NCBI GenBank assembly: GCA_965223325.1
Contig: CBDCWI010000001.1
Location: forward strand, 704,001 to 768,000
From: Candidatus Multivoradales bacterium
GTDB lineage: Bacteria > Acidobacteriota > Thermoanaerobaculia > Multivoradales > Multivoraceae
Length of the DNA stretch: 64,000 bases
Direction of reading: 5' to 3'
Of this stretch, positions 28,691-40,100 are shown in pieces. The translations under genes and the position numbers were made by a program. Within the stretch, counting starts at the first letter, position 1, and every line of letters begins with the position of its first letter. The notes below the pieces were generated by a model, which worked only from the letters and a program-made list of their open reading frames with translations, searched no databases and had not been told where the DNA came from.

Positions 28691-29806
28691 CTACCACTCA
28701 ACTCCCAACATCAGGCAGTTGAGCCCGCTTCCAATGCCCAGAAGGCCGACCCGGTGGCCACTCTCGAGGAAACCACGCTCCTCCGCCAGGGCCAATGCCA
28801 CGGGCACCGCGGCGGTGCCGGTGTTGCCCAGGAAGGCATAGGCTGCGAAGTCACGATCTTCCGGCATGTCGAGAGCTTCGAGCACCGCCTGGCGATGGCG
28901 GGCGCCAACCTGGTGGCAGACGGTGCGGTCGATCGAGTCACCGCGCCACCCGATCTCGGGCAGGAAACGCTGCCAAGTTCGACGAGCGATCTCGAGCCCG
29001 TGTTCGAGCACCTTGGGCGCATCGGTCTCCATGATCTGACGGTACAGCGGAATTCGATCGAGCGCCGCGCTCATCGCACCACTAGCGGGCAGGGCTTCGC
29101 TTTCCCCCGGATAACGAGTTTCCTCGATGCCCCAGCGACACAGTTCGTGGTGCTGCGGCTCGCTCTCGGCGACGCCGCCCAACAGACGATGGGTCGAGGT
29201 CTCGAAGGAGCCATCGGTGACCAGCACCGCAGCAGCTGCGGAACCACCGGTCAAGGTGGCGATCGAGAGCCGAAAGTTGTCGGCGTCGCCTTCTCCCTTC
29301 AAACGCGCGACGGTGGTCTCGACGATGTCGCGCGCACTCTCGCAGGTAACCACCATGCCGGCCTTGATCTGGCCCAGCTCGACCCGGTTGGCCATATCGA
29401 CGACCGCCGAGAGAACCCCCAGGCAGGCATTGGAAATGTCGTAGATCATCGCCGCCGAGGGGAGGAGGTGGCCGAGCTTGTCGAGCTCAGCGGCCACACG
29501 ACAGGCGGTCGCCGGCTCATGCAGGTCGCGGCAAACCCCGGCATAGGCGAGGGCGCCCACCTCGCTCGCTTTGACCGCCGAGCGTTCGAGCGCCGATCGA
29601 GCGGCAAGAGCCGCCCCACGCGCCATCGAGAAGCCCGGCTCCCAGAAGCGGCGTTCCTCAATCCCAGTCAACGGCTCGAGCTGGCCAAGCGCCAGGCCGA
29701 GACGCCGATAGACCGACTCGAGGCGCGACTCGAGTTCGTCGGAGTCGACGACCTCAGCCGGCAGTTCGTAGCCGATCGCGTCGAGATGCGCTGATCGATA
29801 ACGCAA
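28691..29806 (-). CDS. oleA: OleA-like thiolase-fold (KAS III family) head-to-head condensing enzyme
   Basis: VCRDLHEPATA (OleA-type Glu motif), DISNACLG (Cys), CHQVG (His), LGNTG (Asn), GIGSGLN. TTG start follows GGAAGG. Confidence 0.9.
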   Translation of the reverse strand: MRYRSAHLDAIGYELPAEVVDSDELESRLESVYRRLGLALGQLEPLTGIEERRFWEPGFSMARGAALAARSALERSAVKASEVGALAYAGVCRDLHEPATACRVAAELDKLGHLLPSAAMIYDISNACLGVLSAVVDMANRVELGQIKAGMVVTCESARDIVETTVARLKGEGDADNFRLSIATLTGGSAAAAVLVTDGSFETSTHRLLGGVAESEPQHHELCRWGIEETRYPGESEALPASGAMSAALDRIPLYRQIMETDAPKVLEHGLEIARRTWQRFLPEIGWRGDSIDRTVCHQVGARHRQAVLEALDMPEDRDFAAYAFLGNTGTAAVPVALALAEERGFLESGHRVGLLGIGSGLNCLMLGVEW

Positions 29807-30002
29807 GATGCACAGGCCTTCCTGGAAGTCGTGGGGAGAGCCGCGCTCGCACAGAGGGCGCGGCGTTTGGGACGGCGGCCGCCGTCTCGAAGAGGCATCC
29901 TATCCGAAGTGCCGAGGAACACCAGAATTCGGCTCCCGCCCCCCGCCTGTCCCCGCCGATCGCCGGTCGACGGCCGTCCGTCACCCGCAAAAAGAGCTTC
30001 TC

Positions 30003-33000
30003 TCAGGAGGCCTGGATCGCAAAGTCCGTCATCTGGTAGATCACCCGGCCGTCGACCCGCAAGAAGGCATCGGCGCGGATGATCCGCGCCAAATCATCGA
30101 TCTCACGGATCGAGGCCTGGACCTCGACTCGGGAGTCGGACGGGATGACCTGGCCGCGGTAGCTCCAGGAATGCTCGTGACCCACTGGGAACGTCGCAAA
30201 CCGCATGCCGTCAGAGGTCTCGGCTCCCCAGCGATCGAAAGCGATGGCCTTGAGCAATTGCAGGGCCGCCTCGAGACCCAGCGAGCCTGGCCACACCGGG
30301 TCCTCGAAGAAGTGTGCCTCGAAGAACCAGAAGCTCGGGTCGACCCCGATCGAACCATCAATCAGGCCGCGGCCGTGCGCGCCACCGGTGGGATCCCAAC
30401 GATCGATGTCAGAAACCATGCGCATCTGCGCAGCCGGAAGCGGCGCCACATCAGGCAGCGGACCCATGGCCTGACCGCCGGGGTTCTCGATCCACGGCGC
30501 GTCGCGCATGCCGACCTGATTGGCGAGCGCCGCCTGTCCGAAGAACCCGAAGTAGGTCGTGCCGCGATAGCAGGGGCCGAATTCTCGACTCGTCACCTCG
30601 AGCGCGTAGTGCTGAATGATCATGTCGGCGCTCTTGCTGACCGAAGTGAGCTCGGCGCGCGTCGTCAGAACGTCGGGTACGCGAGAGAGGGGCGTGAGCA
30701 GCGTCGCCTCGCCACCGAGGTTGCGGAACTTGAGATCGGTTTCGCTCTCGAGCGCCGAACCGCAGTAGGCCGCCAACCACCCGCAGGGCTGCAAAGCTGC
30801 CTCGAGAAGTACCGCGAATGGCAGGGCGTCCTGGCGGTTGGCGCCATAGAACCACTGCTCCGGCTCGACATCCCACTGCGCCTCGCAGGAAGCCCCAGCC
30901 TTCATCTCGAAAGGCTGACCTGAAAGTGCAGTGATGCGATCGAGAAACTGGAAGGGCGGACGCGGCAGCCGGGCGATCTTGCGTTGCTCGTCGAACACCA
31001 GGTAGGGCGCACCGAAGGCCTCTGACGGCCGGCCGGTCGAGAACGCCAGAATGCGCTCCCGGTCGTAGATCGCCGGCAGAACGTCTGGGCCTCCAGTCGA
31101 TGCGCTCTCGCGGCCAGAGGCTGGCAAGCCCCAGAGGACCTCGAGCGCCTGGCGATCCGTACCGGTCAAGCGGAGCGACATGCCGTCCATCTCGACGATC
31201 GGTCGACCGTCGGCGAACATGAGAGCACGCACGATAGCGTAGGGCGCACCCTCGTCTCCCGGCGCCCCGCCGCCTTGAGGGTGAAAGCGCCGCGATGGGC
31301 GGCCATAGCCGACTTCCTGCACGTCGATCTCATAGGCCACTGTTTCGGTGCTCTCGAGCACTTGACCCCGGCAACGCAGGCGACCGGCAACGCCGGGCAC
31401 CGGCTGCCAGGCCGAATCGTCGCCGCCGAGCCAACCGAAACGCAGGAGCAAAACCCGGAGGGTGTGCAAGCAGCACTCGTACATCAGGGTTCCGGGCATC
31501 ACCCGGTCATCGACGAAGTGACAGGTCAAGAACCAGTCCTCGGGGTCGATATCCGCCTCTCCACGGACAAAACCGAGGCCGGCCGAGCCGCCGTTCGGTT
31601 CGAGGGCGGTGATCCGGTCGACGAGCTCGAGCATCCCACCCGGCAGGGTGTTGACCTCCCCGACGACGCGCTCGGGTTCTAGGAAGGCCGTGCCGAAAGC
31701 CTGGGCGAGCTTTCCGCTACGGAGGGCAAGGAGAGCAACGCGGTCATAGCTCTCGGTTTCCTCAGCTGCCATGGGTGCCAATTGCAGGTTGCCGGCGCCC
31801 CCGGTCGCGGGCACGGATTCCGCCGGCATGGGCGGGCGTTCGACGACACCTTTCCCCGCCGCCAGTTCGGCTTCGGTGAAAAAGCCCGCACATCCATCGC
31901 GCATCGTGAGGACCGGGTCGCCGGACGGTGTCACCGCGTCGTAGTGAAATCGAAACAGCCAGGTGTCACCCTGTTTGAAGAAGCGGTCGATCTCAATGTC
32001 GTAGCGAATCGTCTCACCAGCGGCCGGCAATTCACGGTGGAAGGTGACCGTTGCATCGAGCAGCCGATAGACGGCCTCGCCGCGCGTCTCGAGGTCGACT
32101 CCCAGAAAGCCCGCCAGGAAAAGGTCGGCCTGGCCGGCCTCAACCACGATCGCGGTTGGAATACGTCCGGCGTCGAGATACCAGCGGTCGGCAGTGACGT
32201 CATGTTCGGTGACCACGCGTCCATGATCCATGGCAAGGGGTTCTGCATCGATCTCGAGAATCCGGTCGACAAGCATCAAGGGCTCGTCGGGCAAGCGCAC
32301 GCGGGTGGGGAAGGTGTCGGCTTCTCTGTAGCGGGCACCAAGGACGGCACCAATGCGGCCACGGGCGAACTCCAGACAGGCCTCGCGGTCCAGACTGCGT
32401 GGCGGTTCAGCCGGCGGTGCCGCACCTGGTTCAGGCGGTTGCCCCTCCTCGTGCTGGACGCTGCTCTGCCCCATGCGTCGGGCCAGCGCCCGGGTGAGCT
32501 TCTGGTAGTCGGCATCGGCACCTTCGTCGATCGCACTGCGGGCCGCCTGGACGGTCAGGGGCACCGCCTCAGGTCGGGGCGGTCGAGGGCGGGGCTCCTC
32601 TCTTGGCTTGCTCCGAACGGAGGATCTCGCTCCTGGAGCCGGCGATCCCGGCGAAGCCACCTCGCCAACCCGCCCGCCAACCGGAAGCGGGCGCGACCTC
32701 TCAGGCTCTCGAGGCTTCTGAGTCCGGTCCGCGACCGGCAGACTGCCCGACTGCGGCGGCTGGCGGCGAGCGCGAACTTCCGCCGCCAGGTCAGAGAGAC
32801 CGGCGAAGTCCGCGCGGCCCACGGGCACCTCGAGTCTCCGTACAGAAGGCGTTGGCAGCTCCCGCGCCGAGCCGCCGAAAAGGGCGGCCAACGACAGCGG
32901 AACACGCTCGGTGGCCAGCATCGCGAGCACGCGCAGCAGCGAGCCCGGCGACGAGATCGACATCGGCCCCACCGCCATCGAACGTGCCCGATGCGGGCGA

Positions 33001-36000
33001 CCCTCGAGAACCCGCGAGACCATGCGCGAGCAACTGGCGCCCGGGCCGAGTTCGATGAACAGCCGCACACCGTCGTCATAGGCCGCTGCAACCGTGGCAC
33101 TGAAGTCGACCCGACCGGTGGCCTGGGCGGTGATCGACTGGGCGGGTGCACCGGGCACTCCGGGGTCGTAGGTTGCGGCAGCGGCACTGCTGTAGAAGCG
33201 CACCCCATCGACAGACTGGCTCGGGATGTCGTGCAGCGCACGGTACTTGGCTTCGACGACCCGCGCGATATCGCAGTGCACCGTCACGACGCCGTCGACG
33301 GTCTGACAGTTGGCACCCAGATGGGCGATCAGGCGATCGAGTGCACGACCCTGCCCACCCACCACACACTCGCCAGGTGCATTGATCACCAGCACAGAGG
33401 CACGAGCCAGCCCGAGTTCGGCAATCGCCTGGTCGACGCGCTCCGCATCTTCTTCGAAGGTGGCCACCGTCCACTCGACCTCTTCGTCTTCGGGAAGCTC
33501 CCACAGGCGGCGGGCCGCCAGGCAGGCGCCCGCCAGCCACTCGGTGAACAAGTCCGACTCGAGCACTCGTTCGAGCAGCTCGCCGGGCTCGCTGAACGCG
33601 CCGAGCGAAACCAGCGACGTCGTTTCCCCCAGCGAGTATCCGATGGCCGCCTGCGGGGCGACCTGGAAGCTCTTGATGAGATCGGTCGTCAGGGTGCCGA
33701 ACGCGACCTGCGCCATCAACAGGTCGCGCGGCTCCTCTGGCTCACCGGCGACGTGCCCATCCCAGATCGTCTCCGGGCGAATGGCAGGGCGCAAGCGACT
33801 CCAGCGGGCCTCGGCGGCTTCGAGAATCTCGGGAAAGAGCACGCCGAGCGCCCGGCCCATCTCGGGGTAGTGACTGCCGGACCCCGGATAGACGAAGGCG
33901 ACATCTCCTCGAGGGCCGAGCGGCTCGGGAGCGAAGAACACCCGCCCTGCCGAATCGCGCTCCAGCTCCCGTCGATCGACAGCGGTCACCACGCCGCCGC
34001 GCGCCCGCCCAACCAGCTCGAGCAGTTCAGGCACCGAGCGCACCACCAACGACACCGCCAACGCTGGCGCCGCATCGCCCTCCGGCCGGGAGAGACCCGA
34101 CGGGTGATCGAGCCACCAGCGCCTCGCCAGCGAGGCGAGCACGTCGGGGTCACCATTGGCGTGCGCCAGAGCACTGGCGACATCGCGCAGGCGGTCGAGC
34201 TCGCGCACCAGATCGTCTCTGGTTTCGCCTTCGACGACGAACAACGACTCCTCGAAGGGCCCGAGTGGGCTACGGAAGACCTGCGGTTCGGGAGCCCGGG
34301 GAGCCTCGGCGAGAACCGCATGCGCGGCATGGCCGAGTGTCGACATCGACGACACGCCGGCCAGACGAGGCATCGTGCCCTCGCGCAGCCAGAAGCGTGG
34401 GTCCGATAACGAGAGCGCTTCGCCAACTTCCGAACGCTTCGCTTGCCCCGGGGGCCCGGGAGGAAGCAACCGGTGCTCGAGCGCCCAGGTTGCGCGCGCT
34501 ACCGACGCGAGCCCACCCGCCGCGCCGGTATGGCCCACCGTCGCCGCCACCGACCCCAGACATGGCGGCAGACCCCCGCGATCGGTTCGGGCTCTGGCGA
34601 TCTCTCCGAGAACGCTGGCTTCGACCCGGTCCTCGGCCGGGTTCCCGCTGCCGTGAGTCTCCAGGAGGCGCAACGCCGAAGCCATCGTGTCGGCGTTCCG
34701 ATGGGCTCGATCGACGGCGGCGACGTAAGCCTCTGGTGACGGTGGAGCCGCGAGCATCGACAGGTCGATGGTCTCACTTTCTGGCTGCCAGTGACCGCTC
34801 GCCTGCCCTACTCCCAGCACGCGGGCGCGCGAGTTCTCGTGCAGTCCCGTACGCAACACCAGGGTGACGGCACCTTCGCCGGGGACGATCCCCGCGGCAT
34901 GGCGATCGAAGGGCCGGCTGACACCCGAGCGATCGACCAACCGGACGTTCTCGTACGGCAAGAGAGCGCGCGGATCTCCAGTCGTATCGACACCGCCGAC
35001 GACCGCGACCTCGAGATCTTCGCCCTCGAGGTAGCCGAGCGCCGTCTCGAGCGCTGTCAGGCCTCCGCTCTCACCGCTCCCGAGAACGAAACTCGGTCCC
35101 CCAATACCGAACTCGCGGGCGATGCGGCTGGCCACAATGCCGCCCAGTGCGCCGACGGTCCGGTTCGCGTCGAGCGCTGGATGCAAGGCGTCGAGAGCCC
35201 GCGAGAGCTCGTCTGCCGAGAGCTCGAGGCTGTGCAACCACTCGCGTGCCAAAGCCGCCCAGCGCAGGTGGAAGCCGGTGGTTTCGGGGTCGAGTGAAAT
35301 GGCGTAGAAGACACCGGTTGCGAGGCCGAGTGCCGGCGGCAGGCGACCATCGCTGGCAAGCAGTCCAGAATCGGCAAGCGCTTCCCGGGCGGTCATCAAG
35401 GCCAGCAGCTGCTGCGGCAGACTCTCGAGGAGCTCGCGCGGCGGAACCCGCAACTGGCCGAGTGGAATGTCGAGGTGGTCGAGAAAGTAACCGACAACAG
35501 TCGACGCCAGACCCTCGCAACCGACGCGGGGCTCTGGCGAAACGCTCCGACCTCCACCGAGGAGGCGACGGGACACCGCGCGACGATCACCCCAGGGCCC
35601 GAGGCGCGCACCCAGGCCGACAATCGAAACCGTCACCGGCGAGCGTTCCGGCAGCTCGAGCGCGCCCTGGCCGGGAACCCCGAGGGCTCGAGATTCGCGC
35701 CACTCTTCGAGCAGCACATGAGCGTTGGTACCGCCGAAGCCGAACCCAGACACCGCACAGCGGCGCGCGCGACCTTCGGGATCGGGCCACGGAATCGCCT
35801 GATCGAGAACCCGGAAAGGACCGTCGCCGAATGACGAGCCCTCGATGGCTTCGCGGTGGTTGGCAATCGGGGCCAGGGTCTCGTTTTCGAGCGCCAGGAG
35901 AGTCTTGAGCAGGCCGGCCGCGCCGGCGCCGGTCAGCAGATGGCCAACGTTCCCCTTGACCGCACCGAGAACGGTTCCACCCGGCCGCCAGTCACGATCT

Positions 36001-37091
36001 CGAAAGAGCTGCCGCAGACTGTCGAGCTCCGCGGCATCGCCGAGCCGAGTTCCCGTCGCGTGGCATTCGACATGATCGACGGTCTCCGGGCCCCACCCGG
36101 CGCGCGCATAGGCGGCACGCATGGCGCGCACCTGGCCCTCCTCGCTCGGTGCCAAGAGGCGCCCGTCGACGTCGTTGGAAAGACCGATGCCGCGGATGAC
36201 GGAGAGAATGCGGTCACCCTGGTCGAGTGCGTCGGCGAGTCGTTTGAGCACGAAGGCACCGCCGCCCTCACCGACCACCAGACCGTCGGCCGCACGATCA
36301 AAGGGGGAACAACGACCGCTCGGCGACAGTGCCTGGAGCTGGGCAAACCCCATCTGGGTGTACAGCGCGTCGGGCCGTGAGACCCCCCCGGCGAGCACTG
36401 CGTCGACGCGCCGCGCGAGCAGGTCGCGAACCGCGATGTCGAGCGCGAACAATGACGAGGCACAGGCGGCGTCGAGAACCCGATAGCCGCCTCCGAGACC
36501 GAGGACCCGTGCGAGAACGGCTGCCGGCGCGTCGAAGGCCCAGCGGTTGAGGTCGGCCGGCAGGCTCTCTCCAGACAGCGGCGGCCGCTCGCCCCCGAGA
36601 GCCTGACCCAACCGGTGCTCGAACTCGCGCCCCAAGAGTCGGTCGGAAAGGCGCGAGCCGCTCTCGGTCGGCAGCGCGATGTTGGCCAACACCACCGAGA
36701 TGCGGGTTGGGTCGACCTGTTCCATCGCAGCGCTCTTCCACGCTCGATAGCCCGCTGTGAGCGCCACCTGAATCGACGGGTCGAGGTGTGCCCAGGCGCC
36801 GCCCAGGGTGTCACGCAGCTCCGCAGGCGCCTCGAGCTCCGTCAGGAAACAGGCACGGCGAGAGTAGACCCGGTCAGCTGTTCCCTTCTCCGGGTCGTAG
36901 GCCCTACCCAGGTCGAGCGTGAAGCGACCGGCAGGTGGCTCGGACGCGGTGTCGTGACCGCTTTCGACGATCTTCCAGAAGGCCTCGAGATCGGGGGCGC
37001 CGGGCAGAACTCCACCCATCGCCACGATCGCAACCGCTTCCTGGTGGGCCGTCCGCCCCCCGTTGGGGCGCGGGAATCGCGCTCTAGACAT
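30003..37091 (-). CDS. pfaC: PUFA synthase PfaB/C-type fusion: KS - CLF - AT - four FabA-like DH/pseudo-DH domains
   Basis: KS motifs DAACASS, CHATGT, GHLLTGAG; second KS-like domain lacks the Cys (LGSGESGG); AT motifs YPGSGS, GYSLGE; FabA-like motifs WFLTCHFVDDRVMPG and WFFEAHFFEDPVWPG. Start ATG 37091 (track start 37136). Confidence 0.92.
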   Translation of the reverse strand: MSRARFPRPNGGRTAHQEAVAIVAMGGVLPGAPDLEAFWKIVESGHDTASEPPAGRFTLDLGRAYDPEKGTADRVYSRRACFLTELEAPAELRDTLGGAWAHLDPSIQVALTAGYRAWKSAAMEQVDPTRISVVLANIALPTESGSRLSDRLLGREFEHRLGQALGGERPPLSGESLPADLNRWAFDAPAAVLARVLGLGGGYRVLDAACASSLFALDIAVRDLLARRVDAVLAGGVSRPDALYTQMGFAQLQALSPSGRCSPFDRAADGLVVGEGGGAFVLKRLADALDQGDRILSVIRGIGLSNDVDGRLLAPSEEGQVRAMRAAYARAGWGPETVDHVECHATGTRLGDAAELDSLRQLFRDRDWRPGGTVLGAVKGNVGHLLTGAGAAGLLKTLLALENETLAPIANHREAIEGSSFGDGPFRVLDQAIPWPDPEGRARRCAVSGFGFGGTNAHVLLEEWRESRALGVPGQGALELPERSPVTVSIVGLGARLGPWGDRRAVSRRLLGGGRSVSPEPRVGCEGLASTVVGYFLDHLDIPLGQLRVPPRELLESLPQQLLALMTAREALADSGLLASDGRLPPALGLATGVFYAISLDPETTGFHLRWAALAREWLHSLELSADELSRALDALHPALDANRTVGALGGIVASRIAREFGIGGPSFVLGSGESGGLTALETALGYLEGEDLEVAVVGGVDTTGDPRALLPYENVRLVDRSGVSRPFDRHAAGIVPGEGAVTLVLRTGLHENSRARVLGVGQASGHWQPESETIDLSMLAAPPSPEAYVAAVDRAHRNADTMASALRLLETHGSGNPAEDRVEASVLGEIARARTDRGGLPPCLGSVAATVGHTGAAGGLASVARATWALEHRLLPPGPPGQAKRSEVGEALSLSDPRFWLREGTMPRLAGVSSMSTLGHAAHAVLAEAPRAPEPQVFRSPLGPFEESLFVVEGETRDDLVRELDRLRDVASALAHANGDPDVLASLARRWWLDHPSGLSRPEGDAAPALAVSLVVRSVPELLELVGRARGGVVTAVDRRELERDSAGRVFFAPEPLGPRGDVAFVYPGSGSHYPEMGRALGVLFPEILEAAEARWSRLRPAIRPETIWDGHVAGEPEEPRDLLMAQVAFGTLTTDLIKSFQVAPQAAIGYSLGETTSLVSLGAFSEPGELLERVLESDLFTEWLAGACLAARRLWELPEDEEVEWTVATFEEDAERVDQAIAELGLARASVLVINAPGECVVGGQGRALDRLIAHLGANCQTVDGVVTVHCDIARVVEAKYRALHDIPSQSVDGVRFYSSAAAATYDPGVPGAPAQSITAQATGRVDFSATVAAAYDDGVRLFIELGPGASCSRMVSRVLEGRPHRARSMAVGPMSISSPGSLLRVLAMLATERVPLSLAALFGGSARELPTPSVRRLEVPVGRADFAGLSDLAAEVRARRQPPQSGSLPVADRTQKPREPERSRPLPVGGRVGEVASPGSPAPGARSSVRSKPREEPRPRPPRPEAVPLTVQAARSAIDEGADADYQKLTRALARRMGQSSVQHEEGQPPEPGAAPPAEPPRSLDREACLEFARGRIGAVLGARYREADTFPTRVRLPDEPLMLVDRILEIDAEPLAMDHGRVVTEHDVTADRWYLDAGRIPTAIVVEAGQADLFLAGFLGVDLETRGEAVYRLLDATVTFHRELPAAGETIRYDIEIDRFFKQGDTWLFRFHYDAVTPSGDPVLTMRDGCAGFFTEAELAAGKGVVERPPMPAESVPATGGAGNLQLAPMAAEETESYDRVALLALRSGKLAQAFGTAFLEPERVVGEVNTLPGGMLELVDRITALEPNGGSAGLGFVRGEADIDPEDWFLTCHFVDDRVMPGTLMYECCLHTLRVLLLRFGWLGGDDSAWQPVPGVAGRLRCRGQVLESTETVAYEIDVQEVGYGRPSRRFHPQGGGAPGDEGAPYAIVRALMFADGRPIVEMDGMSLRLTGTDRQALEVLWGLPASGRESASTGGPDVLPAIYDRERILAFSTGRPSEAFGAPYLVFDEQRKIARLPRPPFQFLDRITALSGQPFEMKAGASCEAQWDVEPEQWFYGANRQDALPFAVLLEAALQPCGWLAAYCGSALESETDLKFRNLGGEATLLTPLSRVPDVLTTRAELTSVSKSADMIIQHYALEVTSREFGPCYRGTTYFGFFGQAALANQVGMRDAPWIENPGGQAMGPLPDVAPLPAAQMRMVSDIDRWDPTGGAHGRGLIDGSIGVDPSFWFFEAHFFEDPVWPGSLGLEAALQLLKAIAFDRWGAETSDGMRFATFPVGHEHSWSYRGQVIPSDSRVEVQASIREIDDLARIIRADAFLRVDGRVIYQMTDFAIQAS

Positions 37092-37170
37092 TGCGCTGGA
37101 CTCTCCGGAACTCAAAGGCAGAACTCGAGAACTCAAAGGATACGGGCTCAGAAAGGGTGAGGGTAGGGTG

Positions 37171-40100
37171 TCAACGAGTCGGCGACTCGCCCGGCCGTAT
37201 CGGGCGCCGGCGCGTCATCGGCAGGCTGTCGATTCGGTTGCGCGCGAAGGCGCCATTGAGAGCCGCATCGATCACGCACTCGTAGCCGTCTAGCCGCGCA
37301 ACCACCTGGCCGTCGCGCAGCCACTCGAGATCGGCGCGGGCGATGCGCTCTCCCGCTTCGCGCACCCGTGCGGTGACTTCGAGCTCACCGCCACGTAGGG
37401 AACGCACGTACTGGCGATAGCACGGCAGGCGTGCAGGCAGAGAACCGCGCTCCGAATGGTTGCGGCTCCACACGATCATCAACTGGAAGGCAACATCGAG
37501 CGCTAGCGGATCGGCGATCCACGAGGCACGAATCGGTGACTGCATCCACTGCGCCGGCGCCTCGGCCGTACGGGTGCGACCGACGATGCCCGCTCCCGAC
37601 CAGCCTTCGATCGAGGTCAGACCGTGCAGAGCGGGGCCGTGGAAGAGCAGCTCGTCGTAGATCTGGTCGAGCGAACGGTCGATCGGCTCTCCCGACTCCG
37701 GGCGAGGCCCGGCCGCCGGCGCTTTCGGCAGCCGCTCGGTGAGGACAATATCGGCACCGCAGTGCAGTACCGCCTCGCCGTTCGAGCCATCCGAGATCAT
37801 GCGCACCGGCACCAGGAGGGTCGCCGTGTCGCCCTCGCGCTCCCATCGCGACGAGCCCGCCTCGATTCGTACGGTGATCTCCTCATGGGCGACCCGAACA
37901 CCCTTCCAGACCCGCAGGTCGTCGACACCGAAGAAGCGCAGGCCCGGCTGGCCATGGAGTGCGCCGTGCGCCAGCCACTCGACCATCATCGCCGCCGGGA
38001 GAACGGCACGACCGTTCATGACGTGCGAAGCGAGAAAGGGATGGCTCTCGAGTGACACCAGGCGACCGAACGCCGTCTGCCAACGTTGTTCGGCGGCTTC
38101 GCTACCCGTCGACGCGAGACGCATCGTTTGTTCGGAGATGGTGATCTCCGACCCGGCAGGAGGCGTCGCCACGCGGCTGGCCACTGCTCTTGTGCCTGTG
38201 GTCGCCGGTTCTTCCGGCGGCTCATCGACGAGACCTTCGAGGTTGGAGCCCGCTCCGAGAATGACCACCAGGGTCTGGTCTCGAGGCGCCTCGAGCAACT
38301 CTCTCACCAGCTGACGGCCTCCCTCTGCGAGCGGCACCACTTCGACCCCTTCGGCGCGGAAGAGATTCTTGAGACTGGCGTCAACCATGCCGCCATCCCA
38401 TGGTCCCCAGCCGACTGAGACGGCACGCGCCTCTGGATGCCGCTGTGCGAACGCCAACGCGTGGCTATCGAGGGCCGCGTTGGCCACTGCGTAGTCGACC
38501 TGACCGCGCCGCCCGAAACGACCGGTTGACGAGGAGAAGAGCGCCAGCCATGAGAGCTCGCGGTGGGCCAGCGATGCGAGCAGATTCTCGAGACCTCTGA
38601 CTTTGGTGTCGTAGACCGTGCGCCAGTCGGCCTCGGTCTTCTCTTCAATTGCGGCATCACGCAGCACACCGGCGCCGTGAACGAGGCCAGTGACCGCACC
38701 GTGTTCGGTCTCGAGCGCCAGAATCACTCCGGCTGTGGCCTGGGCGTCGCGAACATCGACCGAGAGGTACGAAGCTTCGGCGCCAGCGGCGCGAACCCGC
38801 GAGAGCGTGGTTTCGATTTCGCGCCGTGCGCGAACCTTCTGGCAACGCAGGGTGAGTTCGCGCGGTTTGAGCTTCTCCCCCGCTGCCAGGGCTGCATCAA
38901 GAACAGCGCGTTCGAGGTCGCTGTCGGCGACACCCGAAAACGCATCGTCAGAGGCCGGCAGCGGGCTGCGACCGAGCAGTGCCAGGCGCCCGACGCCTGC
39001 GGCCGCCAGCGCAACCGCACATTCGGCGGTGACCCCGCGGGCCCCGCCACTGATGACCAGGAAGTCCTCCGCCGTGAAGGAACGTGCGTGCCCGTTGAGA
39101 AGCGCCGCACTCGGCAAGGGTGTCGGCCGGACCCCCAGCCGCAGCGTGCGCTCTCTTTGCAGGCCGATCTCGGGCGGTCCGATTTGCACCAGCGCTCTTG
39201 CCAGACGGGCGACGCCGTTCTCGAGTTCAGCGGCTTCGACATCGACCACCCGCGTGGTGACCTCGGGCCACTCGCGCGCAACGGTGCGAATGAGCCCCGC
39301 GATCGCCGAGGAGACGATGCCGCCTTCAGCCGGTGCCTCGAACCCGAAAGCACCGCCCTGCCGGGTGACCGCTGCGATGAGCGGTCGCTCGCTGCCATCT
39401 GCCTGACGACGGAAAGCAGAAGCTGCGTGCTGCACCGTGCTGAACGCTTCCCACAACCAATCGTGCGCCGCCTCGCTCCGATCGGGTGCCAGGAGCAACA
39501 GGCCGTCGAGAATCGCCGGCGGCGAGGGCAACGCGCGCGGATCCACCACTTCGGCGTGAAAGCCGAGCGCCTCGAGTTCGCTCGCCAGAGCCTGCGCCAC
39601 CCCGTCGCCGGCTTCGGTCACCCAGACAAGGGCTCCGGGAGGCAACAAAGGGGGCGAATCGCCTGCTGCCGGGACACCTTCGTCAACGAACGAGACGAAA
39701 CGAGGCAGAGCTTCCCCGGTGGCGACTGTTCGGGAGGCGACTGCTACCGGCTCCGGAGCGACCGCAGGGGCCGGCACGCCCGCGTTGGCGAGAGGGCCGG
39801 CCTGAACTGGCGGGGCAGGCTCTGGTCCGAGGTTCGGCTCGCGTGAGCCTGCAGGAGAAGCCTCGGCCGCGGGCTGAGTGATCGCCTCGGCGACGTCGGC
39901 CAGGGTGCGGAGCCGTCCGAGGTCGTCGGCATCCAGGCGTGGCAGCGCCGGAAAGCGCTCTTCGAGCGCCGCGAGAATCTCGACCCGCTTGATCGAGTCG
40001 ATTCCCAGGTCAGCATCGAGACCCATCTGCGGTTCGAGCATCTCGATCGGGTAACCAGTCTTCTGAGCCACCGCCTCGTAGAGGGCCCGTTCGATGGCTT

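Noticed and set aside
31782-34409. 875-aa plus-strand ORF and other long antisense ORFs (14917-16428, 52005-53468, 42295-43569, 11349-12845)
   Set aside because: These are shadow frames of well-supported opposite-strand genes in high-GC DNA and have no recognisable motifs.
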